This document shows, in pieces, positions 57,341 through 64,000 of a stretch of DNA of 64,000 bases. Location: NCBI GenBank assembly GCA_031291825.1, contig JARLIG010000004.1, forward strand, positions 22,240 through 86,239, given 5' to 3'. Position 1 is the first letter of the stretch, and the number at the start of each line of letters is the position of its first letter. Origin of the DNA: Minisyncoccota bacterium. GTDB taxonomy: Bacteria > Patescibacteriota > Minisyncoccia > Phycocordibacterales > UBA9973. Below the pieces are notes generated by a model. The model was not told the origin of the DNA, ran no database searches, and saw only the letters and a program-made list of their open reading frames with translations. Both the position numbers and the translations under genes were made by a program.

Positions 57341-59098
57341 ATGGACAATAAATCATCTAGACAAAAAGTAGCGCTTATCTCTGTATATGACAAGACGGGC
57401 ATTAAAGAATTTGCAAAAAATCTAGTAGATTTGGGCTGGAAAATAGTCTCTTCTGGTGGCACAGCTAAACATTTAACAGAAGCGGGTATGCCCGTGACTG
57501 ACGTAGCGGAAATTACCGGCATGCCACCAATTCTTTCACACCGAGTTTTGACGCTACATCCGAAAATCCATGGCGGGCTTTTGGCGCTTGATACATCGGA
57601 GCATTTAGCAGAGCTGGAAAAATATGGGATTCCTTGGATTGATTTAGTTTGTTGTGATTTATATCCACTGGAGGAGGAAATAAAAAACTCTAGCGCGACG
57701 CGAGAATCAGTTATTGAAAAAACAGATATTGGTGGACCGACAATGCTTCGTTCGGGGGCAAAAGGGAGGCGCATAACTATTTGTGACCCGAGCGATAGAG
57801 AAAAAGTAATTGAGTGGTTAAAAAAAGGCGAGCCTGAACGTGAAGAATTTTTAAATAATTTAGCAGCTAAGGCGGAAGCAGTAATTGCAAAATACTGTTC
57901 TGCTTCTGCCGAGTATCACAGTAAAGGAGAGCTCAAAGGAATTTTTGGAAAGAAAGAAATAGAATGCGCATATGGGGAAAATGCATATCAAAAACCAGCC
58001 AGCTTATATAGAAATTTAAATGTGCATAACACTCCAGACGGTGGACGTCTGGAAGCTACCAGACGTCCAACGTCTGGAGACCCATTAGCCATACATAATT
58101 GGCAACTCGTGGCAGGCAGTCCGCTTTCCTATAATAATATTTGCGATGTGGATAGAATGATGCAAACGATGACACATATTGGCGCTGGTTTTGAGAAAAA
58201 TTTTGGAAAAGTTCCAGACATCGCGATTGGCGCAAAGCATGGCAATGCTTGTGGGGCAGCGTTTGCTGAAGAAGAAATTAATGCGATTGATAATATGCTC
58301 TTGGGAGACTTGCGCGCAATTTTCGGCGGTTCGGTGATGCTAAATTTTAATGTAGATGAAAAAATTGCGGAAGAATTAATCCATAAATATGCAGGTGCTG
58401 GGAGACGATTGCTGGACATTGTCGCGGCACCATCTTTTTCTGCCGAGGCTATAGAGATTTTATCTCGCAAAAAAGGTAAATGCAGAATTTTAGTAAATCC
58501 AAACATTTTGAAAGCAGGATTATCTTCTTTGGATACAACTTCTAGGTTTCGTTACGTGCGTGGGGGATTTTTGACTCAACCGAATTATACTTTTGTTCCA
58601 AGATTGCAAGAGCCAGAGATGTCGGTATTCCGCCAAGGCGGAAGCCCGACACCTGTGGCGATTATACAAGATGTCATTCTCGCTTGGGCTGTCGGATGCA
58701 CATCAAATAGCAATACAATTACAATTGTGAAAGATGGCAGACTTTATGGCAATGGCGTAGGACAACAAGACCGTGTAGGGGCCGCCAAGCTTGCAATTTT
58801 TCGCGCAGACGATGCCACCGCTTTTGCTGTGGATAACCCTCCAGACGTTGGACGTCTGGAAGCTTCCAGACGTCCAACGTCTGGGACAGGGGCTGATTTA
58901 GAAGGGGCTGTAGCTTGCAGTGATAGCTTCTTTCCTTTCCCAGATGCGCCGGAAGTACTAATAAATCGGGGGATAAAGACCATCTTTTCCACTAGTGGCT
59001 CAGTAAATGACGATAAAATTATAGAACTTTGCAAGACAAAAAACGTAAATCTAATAATGCTTCCAGACTCTGAAGCCAGGGGATTCTACCAGCATTAA
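57341..59098 (+). CDS. purH: Bifunctional AICAR transformylase / IMP cyclohydrolase (PurH) carrying two in-frame REP-like insertions.
   Basis: The N-terminal MGS-like motifs are ALISVYDKTGI...SSGGTAKHL...RVLTLHPKIHGG. The C-terminal AICARFT motifs are SPLSYNNICD, ACSDSFFPFPD and FYQH. The inserted peptides are PDGGRLEATRRPTSGD and PDVGRLEASRRPTSGT. Confidence 0.75.
   Translation: MDNKSSRQKVALISVYDKTGIKEFAKNLVDLGWKIVSSGGTAKHLTEAGMPVTDVAEITGMPPILSHRVLTLHPKIHGGLLALDTSEHLAELEKYGIPWIDLVCCDLYPLEEEIKNSSATRESVIEKTDIGGPTMLRSGAKGRRITICDPSDREKVIEWLKKGEPEREEFLNNLAAKAEAVIAKYCSASAEYHSKGELKGIFGKKEIECAYGENAYQKPASLYRNLNVHNTPDGGRLEATRRPTSGDPLAIHNWQLVAGSPLSYNNICDVDRMMQTMTHIGAGFEKNFGKVPDIAIGAKHGNACGAAFAEEEINAIDNMLLGDLRAIFGGSVMLNFNVDEKIAEELIHKYAGAGRRLLDIVAAPSFSAEAIEILSRKKGKCRILVNPNILKAGLSSLDTTSRFRYVRGGFLTQPNYTFVPRLQEPEMSVFRQGGSPTPVAIIQDVILAWAVGCTSNSNTITIVKDGRLYGNGVGQQDRVGAAKLAIFRADDATAFAVDNPPDVGRLEASRRPTSGTGADLEGAVACSDSFFPFPDAPEVLINRGIKTIFSTSGSVNDDKIIELCKTKNVNLIMLPDSEARGFYQH
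58024..58081. repeat. REP-like element inside purH: TGTGCATAAC-ACTCCAGACGGTGGACGTCTGG-AAGCTA-CCAGACGTCCAACGTCTGGAG.
   Basis: It is a double hairpin plus a TGTGCATAAC tail, and it is in-frame in the CDS. Confidence 0.8.
58828..58887. repeat. REP-like element inside purH: GTGGATAACC-CTCCAGACGTTGGACGTCTGG-AAGCTT-CCAGACGTCCAACGTCTGGG.
   Basis: It is a double hairpin plus a GTGGATAACC tail, and it is in-frame in the CDS. Confidence 0.8.
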
Positions 59099-59170
59099 TT
59101 TATCCCCAGACATTCCACGTCTAGAGCTCCGCGCTGTTGATTTTTTTATAAAAAGCATTACAATACAAGG

Positions 59171-59755
59171 ATGGAAATTCTAGAAAAAATATTGGGTAAT
59201 TCAGCACGAGTAAAAATCATGCGGCTTTTTCTGCTCAATAAAAACAAGATTTTTACGAATAAAGATATTGTGCAACGTAGCCGAGTAAGTGCCCAAGTTG
59301 TCCGTCGAGAGCTCAAGCTGCTTTTATCGGTTGGTTTTATAAAAAAGCGTGGTGATGCAAATTGGTCTTTTAATTTTTCTTTCAAATACGGCGAAGAATT
59401 TCAAGATTTACTAGTCAGGTCTGATAGTTTGAACAGCGAAACTATTTTAAACAATTTTAAAAAAGTCGGACGAGTGAAGTTGGTGGTTGCGGCTGGACTT
59501 TTTATCAAAAATGAAGACAGTCGAGTTGACCTGCTGATTGTCGGAGATAAATTGAGTAAGGCTAAAATCGAAGAAGGAATGCATAGACTCGAAGCTGAGA
59601 TTGGCGCTGAGTTAGTTTATGCAGTTTTCGATACAAAAGAATTTATGTATAGATTAAATATGTATGACAAGCTTGTGCGGGACATTCTGGACTATCCACA
59701 CGAGATTCTTTTGCAGGCCAAGGAGTTATCCACACAGGCTCTTAAAAAGGTTTAA
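59171..59755 (+). CDS. Hypothetical protein with an N-terminal winged-helix-like DNA-binding region.
   Basis: The N-terminus ...NKDIVQRSRVSAQVVRRELKLLLSVGFIKKRG resembles an ArsR/MarR-type wHTH domain. Confidence 0.4.
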   Translation: MEILEKILGNSARVKIMRLFLLNKNKIFTNKDIVQRSRVSAQVVRRELKLLLSVGFIKKRGDANWSFNFSFKYGEEFQDLLVRSDSLNSETILNNFKKVGRVKLVVAAGLFIKNEDSRVDLLIVGDKLSKAKIEEGMHRLEAEIGAELVYAVFDTKEFMYRLNMYDKLVRDILDYPHEILLQAKELSTQALKKV

Positions 59756-59829
59756 AAGCTGGTATAATATAGTTATAACTTTGATAAGGTCGAACTTAAA
59801 AAAGAATTTATTAGTTAAATATTTTATTT

Positions 59830-60525
59830 ATGAGTAATATTTGGATGTCATGGGGCGATGTTTTTAATACCTCGTTCCAAGGTTTGTGGTTTGGTTTTGT
59901 GCAATTTGCACCAAGACTCGTTTTGGCAATTATTTTCTTTATTATTGGTTGGATTTTGGGATCTTTGATTTCCAAAGCCATTCAACAAGTTTTCACTAGT
60001 TTAAAAATCGATAGTCTCTTTTCTTCTATCGGTGCAGATAGTGCCTTTAAAAAGGCAGGACTAACTTTAAACTCTGGATATTTTGTCGGCGAAGTCGCAC
60101 GATGGTTTGTGATTATCGTTTTCCTTCTGCCTTCACTTTCTTTGGTTGGTTTGACGGACGTAGCTTCTTATTTGACTGATGGTGTTCTTGGATTTTTACC
60201 ACAGGTGATAATTGCTGCTTTCGTTTTGATTATTTCTGCGGTTGTGTCTGAAGGGCTAGAAAAAGTTGTCTTGGCTACCGCAAAATCAGTTAACCTAAAA
60301 TCAGCTCGTGTTCTTAGCTTGGTTGCAAAATATGCTATTTGGATTTTTGCAATTATTATTGTGCTTGGCAAGCTCGGACTTGGAGACTACATGAGTGTTC
60401 TCTTCACTGGCATTGTTGCAATGCTTGCACTCGGAGGCGCCCTAGCTTTTGGTTTGGGTGGTAGAGAGGCTGCCGCAAGGTTGCTTGCAAGGCTTGGAGA
60501 AGAAGTTCCTCCTTCTCATAAGTAA
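59830..60525 (+). CDS. Hypothetical polytopic membrane protein with repeated TM-helix modules, possibly small-conductance channel-like.
   Basis: It has four to five TM helices with a repeating pattern. Confidence 0.4.
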   Translation: MSNIWMSWGDVFNTSFQGLWFGFVQFAPRLVLAIIFFIIGWILGSLISKAIQQVFTSLKIDSLFSSIGADSAFKKAGLTLNSGYFVGEVARWFVIIVFLLPSLSLVGLTDVASYLTDGVLGFLPQVIIAAFVLIISAVVSEGLEKVVLATAKSVNLKSARVLSLVAKYAIWIFAIIIVLGKLGLGDYMSVLFTGIVAMLALGGALAFGLGGREAAARLLARLGEEVPPSHK

Positions 60526-60544
60526 AAAGTTTCAATAGAATTTT

Positions 60545-60617
60545 AGACGTCGGATATCCGCTACTACGGGTGTCCGATGTCTCTGTAAAAAAGATGTCAT
60601 TTATTGACATCTTTTTT
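60545..60617. terminator. Degenerate REP-like hairpin (AGACGTCGGATATCCGCTACTACGGGTGTCCGATGTCT) followed by the terminator AAAAAAGATGTCATTTATTGACATCTTTTTT.
   Basis: Inverted repeats are seen directly after the stop at 60525. Confidence 0.65.
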
Positions 60618-60676
60618 AGTTGTTTTATAAAGCAATTCATGTTATATTCATAATCGTTAGATAGACTAGACCAGTC

Positions 60677-62038
60677 GTGTTTAGTATTATAAACGTTAAG
60701 TCTTATATAGAAATTATGAAAAAATATCTAGTTTTATTTGCTTTTGTCTTTGTTTTTGCCTTGTTTGGTTTTAATACCAAACCAGTCAGTGCTTATGATG
60801 CAGGCTGTATGCCTGGCGACCTGTTTAGCCGAACAACTGGTCAGTCATGCAGTGCTCTTCCTCCTGCTTGTTCTCCGGGAGATTTATTTAGTTCCTTAAC
60901 CGGTCAACCTTGTAGCCCGACTACGATTGGCTCAACTTCTTCTGTTGTGGTTTCTTCTGTTTCTCCAACATCTGGAGCTGTCGGTACTAGTGTCGTTATA
61001 ACTGGTAGTGGATTTACTTCTACTAACAACACCGTTGATTTTGGCGGAGGTTATCTAAATGGTTTTAGCTCAACCAATGGAAGCACTATAACTTTCACAG
61101 TGCCTAGTTCTATTTCTGGCTGTCCTTCACCAAGCTTTGGGTCACAGGCAGTGACTGCTTGTCCAGACATGCTTCGGGTCGTGACTGCTGGTAATTATGA
61201 TGTGTCTGTAATTAATGCCAACGGTAAAAGTCAGACTATTTCTTTTTCCGTGACTGGTCTTGGCACTTTACCTGAACCGCAACCAATACAGCCGACAAAG
61301 ATAAATCCTCTCGCTCCAGTCGTCAGTGGAGTAAGTGGACCTCAAACCTTGAATGTTGGCGCACCAGGCACTTGGACAGTTTCGGCCTCAGATCCAAGTA
61401 AGGGAAATCTTTCTTATTCAGTAAGTTGGGGTGACTCAGTGACTATCACTCCAGTGAGTGCAGCTATAATTGCACCTGTTACTCAACAGTCTGCAACTTT
61501 TACTCATACATACACAGCCGCAGGAATTTACAATCCGATATTTACAGTGACGGATGTCAGTGGCTTAACCGCACAGACAAGTTTGAGTGTAAATGTGGGA
61601 GGAGTGATAACTCCAGTATCATCTCCAACGTCTCCAGCACAACCATGTAATAATCTTTTTGGAAGCACTTGTCCACCAACACAATCTCCAACGTCTCCAG
61701 CACAACCACAACCAGTAGAAACAAATGGTGGCTCTGGTTCGGGTTCAGCTTCTGGAAATGGAACTCCGTCGACACAAACTTCTTCTAATAGTACAAGTCC
61801 ACTTACTATTCCATCTCCAAATTGTACGATAAGTGGAGTTCTTGGATTGGGTTCAACTGGCACCAACGTCGCTTGTTTACAAGAAAGATTAGGTTTACAG
61901 GTAGATGGAAAATTTGGTCCTCAAACCAAAGCCGCTGTCTCTGCTTTTCAGAGTAAGATGGGCTTAACACCAGATGGAATTTTTGGTCCAAAATCAATTC
62001 CAGTTCTCTTGAATAGTGCTTCAACTACAACTCAATAA
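60677..62038 (+). CDS. Secreted protein with a signal peptide, two Cys-pair mini-motifs, IPT/TIG-like and PKD-like domains, and a C-terminal peptidoglycan-binding-like domain.
   Basis: The signal peptide is MKKYLVLFAFVFVFALFG. The mini-motifs are CMPGDLFSRTTGQSC and CSPGDLFSSLTGQPC. The PKD-like segment is SYSVSWGDS...HTYTAAGIYNPIFTVTDVSG. The C-terminus is LQVDGKFGPQTKAAVSAFQSKMGLTPDGIFGPKS. Confidence 0.6.
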   Translation: MFSIINVKSYIEIMKKYLVLFAFVFVFALFGFNTKPVSAYDAGCMPGDLFSRTTGQSCSALPPACSPGDLFSSLTGQPCSPTTIGSTSSVVVSSVSPTSGAVGTSVVITGSGFTSTNNTVDFGGGYLNGFSSTNGSTITFTVPSSISGCPSPSFGSQAVTACPDMLRVVTAGNYDVSVINANGKSQTISFSVTGLGTLPEPQPIQPTKINPLAPVVSGVSGPQTLNVGAPGTWTVSASDPSKGNLSYSVSWGDSVTITPVSAAIIAPVTQQSATFTHTYTAAGIYNPIFTVTDVSGLTAQTSLSVNVGGVITPVSSPTSPAQPCNNLFGSTCPPTQSPTSPAQPQPVETNGGSGSGSASGNGTPSTQTSSNSTSPLTIPSPNCTISGVLGLGSTGTNVACLQERLGLQVDGKFGPQTKAAVSAFQSKMGLTPDGIFGPKSIPVLLNSASTTTQ

Positions 62039-62063
62039 ATTAAAATAAATAATAGTTTTTCTC

Positions 62064-62104
62064 AAAAAAGATGTCCCCAGTTAAGACTGGTTGACATCTT
62101 TTTT
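62064..62104 (+). terminator. Terminator hairpin AAAAAAGATGTC-CCCAGTTAAGACTGG-TTGACATCTTTTTT.
   Basis: It shares stem sequence with the 60587 terminator. Confidence 0.65.
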
Positions 62105-62119
62105 GTTATAGTCTATACT
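62091..62119 (+). promoter_or_regulatory. Sigma-70-type promoter TTGACA-N17-TATACT, probably the rRNA promoter.
   Basis: A consensus -35 TTGACA at 62091-62096, a 17-nt spacer and a TATACT at 62114-62119 lie about 330 nt upstream of the 23S 5' end. The promoter overlaps the 3' arm of the terminator. Confidence 0.55.
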
Positions 62120-62946
62120 CGTTTAATCAGTATGATAATCACAAGAAACAGTTTAAGAAGGCGGCGCTAAGAGCAGACTTTCTTTGTCTGTTAGGGCCGC
62201 TCAAAAAGCGGTTTTTTTTGTGGAAAAATCAGGACGAATGACACTTTGAAAACTTAATCCCTGTTCTAAAACTTTTAAGGGGTCTTTGTTGTGACGGTCA
62301 AACGTTACAGGAAGGGTCTTCCTCTTAAAAATTAGAGATAGGAAAAATTCTTTTTATTTAATTACCAGAGCGGTCTGGAATTATAATTAATTCAAAAGGA
62401 TTTGTTTTATCCCGGCGTAAAGTCGGGATTGTGATTTATAAATTTCTTAACAGGAAATTTAAGGGCGTACGGTGGATGCCTAGACTTTAAGAAGCGATGA
62501 AGGACGTGGCGTTGCTGCGATAAGCTTCGGGGAGGTGCTTAGCAACCTTTGATCCGGAGATTTCCGAATGGGGAAACCCTATCAAGTAAACCTTGATAAT
62601 TTTTATCTTTATGATAAAAGAGCGCACCCTGGGAAGTGAAACATCTCAGTACCAGGAGGAGTAGAAACAAATATGCATTTCCTTAGTAGCGGCGAGCGAA
62701 AAGGAAGAAGTCCAAACCGTTCTCGCAAGAGGGCGGGGTTGTAAGATGACAATTTTTATTTAATTAAAGAGGAGTCAAAAAATAAGTTATTAGCTTAAGT
62801 TGCTGGAAAGCAACACCATAGGAGGTGATAGTCCCGTGAGCGAAAATTTCTTATCTCTTTTATTGTTATTCTTGAGTACCCCAGGACATGAATGGCCGGG
62901 GGGAATCCAGCGGAACTAACCGCTAAGACTAAATATTCTTAAAGAT

Positions 62947-62983
<37 letters not shown>

Positions 62984-63713
62984 CAGCCCGATTAGGGCGG
63001 TGAAATAGACCTGAAACCGTATGTCTACAAGGAGTTGAAGCAGGTATTTATATCTGCGACAGCGTGCCTATTGAAGAATGAGCCAACGAGTTTATTCATG
63101 CTGCTGGTGAAGTGGACTAAAACCACAGAACCAAAGGGAAACCGAGTGTTAATAGCGCGAAATAATAGTAGCATGCATAAGACCCGAAGCCAGGTGAGCT
63201 TGCCATGAGCAGGATGAAGGAGGTCGAAAGATCTCTGGAGGTCCGAACGGGTAGATCGTACAACGTCTTCCGATGACTTGTGGTAAGGAGTGAAAAGCTA
63301 ATCGAACCTGGTAATAGCTGGTTCTCTCCGAAATAGCTTTAGGGCTAGCGTCGTATGTTTTTTCTGGGGGTAGAGCACTGGAAGGTTTCGACAGGGAGCA
63401 ATCTCGCGAAACCTATCAAACTCCGAATACCAGAGACCATAGCGCGGCAGTTAGGCCATGGGGGCGAAGCTCCATTGGCCAAAAGGGAAACAGCCCGGAT
63501 CTCAAAATAAGGTCCCTAAATATATACTAAGTGTAAGACAAGAAGGTGAGATTTCTTTAACAATGAGGAGGTTGGCTTAGAAGCAGCCATCCTTTAAAGA
63601 TAGCGTAACAGCTCACTCATCTAGAGATTTTGCGTCGAAAATAATTGGGGCTAAGTATATTACCGAATTTGAGGATTCGTAGACTTCATACAGATTTTTT
63701 GTACATTGTTTTA

Positions 63714-63790
63714 GCGGGAGTAACGAAAAGCACTCAAACAGGAGTGCCAGGCGTTAATAATTTGGGGTTCAATTCCCCCCTCCTGCGCCA
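63714..63790 (+). ncRNA. Second, non-canonical 77-nt tRNA-like element (acceptor plus T arm plus CCA; the D arm is not foldable).
   Basis: The acceptor is GCGGGAG/CTCCTGC (6 Watson-Crick pairs plus one GU). The T arm is GGGG-TTCAATT-CCCC. The discriminator is G, followed by CCA. An internal hairpin GCACTC-AAACAG-GAGTGC replaces the normal D/anticodon arms. Confidence 0.2.
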
Positions 63791-63797
63791 AGTGTGT

Positions 63798-63908
63798 CGA
63801 GACGTAGCGCAGCCCGGTAGCGCATCAGACAAGAGTAAAGTGTCTAGCTTAATCAAAGGCACTGCACCTATCTGAGGGTCGGAGGTTCAAATCCTCCCGT
63901 CTCGACCA
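63798..63908 (+). tRNA. tRNA-like element with a perfect acceptor, D and T arms and encoded CCA, but a 41-nt anticodon loop (possible ~34-nt intron).
   Basis: The acceptor is CGAGACG/CGTCTCG (7/7). The D arm is GCGC-AGCCCGGTA-GCGC. The anticodon stem is TCAGA/TCTGA. The variable region is GGGTC. The T arm is GGAGG-TTCAAAT-CCTCC. The discriminator is A, followed by CCA. Confidence 0.35.
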
Positions 63909-64000
63909 TCTTTCTCAAGTGAGAGAGTATTTGTTTTTCCCAAGCGGGATTTTAAGATTTCGTTTGGGGTCTGTATGAAGTCTACGAGTGGTAGGAGAGT

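Larger units (their letters stand above)
63695..63971 (+). other. Intervening sequence (IVS) in 23S helix 45.
   Basis: The IVS is flanked by 17-18-nt inverted repeats ATTCGTAGACTTCATACAG (63675-63694) and CTGTATGAAGTCTACGA (63972-63990). Canonical 23S sequence (GTGGTAGGAGAG) resumes after it. Confidence 0.65.

Noticed and set aside
57341-59098. purH as a pseudogene disrupted by repeat insertions.
   Set aside because: Both insertions preserve the reading frame, and the ORF is full length with all conserved PurH blocks. Tolerated in-frame insertions are the better reading.
63645-63875. 76-aa ORF in the six-frame track.
   Set aside because: It lies entirely inside the 23S rRNA and its IVS. It is an RNA gene and not coding.
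63798-63908. Calling the 111-nt element a functional intron-containing tRNA gene with a specific anticodon.
   Set aside because: No 7-nt anticodon loop with U33 can be derived by removing a single insertion from the 41-nt loop. It is kept as tRNA-like only.

Overview
Overview: this is an AT-rich, gene-dense bacterial window that looks like a reduced-genome Patescibacteria/CPR-type lineage (inference only). The signs are many aaRS and DNA-repair genes, a type IV pilus plus ComEC competence cluster, S/T-rich surface proteins, and a lone 23S rRNA with an intervening sequence. Core genes on the + strand: pilB, pilC, tpiA, pgk, recJ, rnhA, comEC, glyA, SDR, tmk, dut, argS, a PIF1-like helicase, ileS, recO, glyQS, an M16 peptidase, an AI-2E transporter, metG, tatD, rpsF-ssb-rpsR, rplJ-rplL, purH. 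Core genes on the - strand: three to four pilin-like genes, an HIT protein, Fe/Mn SOD, and efp, recA and ftsK.
Four things stand out.
1. A family of GC-rich palindromic repeat elements (core CCAGACGTTGGACGTCTGG, tails GGTTATCCACA) occurs at about 15 sites. Two copies flank an IS200-like HuH tyrosine transposase gene that looks like a RAYT. At least three copies sit in-frame inside coding genes: two in purH, one in a hypothetical ORF, and probably one in glyQS. This is a REP/RAYT-like system that behaves like Rickettsia palindromic elements.
2. The ileS gene carries an inserted histidine-phosphatase (PGAM-like, RHGE motif) domain of about 170 aa.
3. The 23S rRNA has an intervening sequence of about 280 nt at the helix-45 site, and it contains two tRNA-like structures.
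4. A DUF4258/DUF2283 toxin-antitoxin-like pair is bracketed by identical 45-bp direct repeats.
The region from 43.5 to 56 kb, between ftsK and rplJ, looks like an accessory island. It holds giant surface proteins, the TA pair, the RAYT and dense repeats. All calls come from motif reading of the supplied translations and sequence; no database searches were run.
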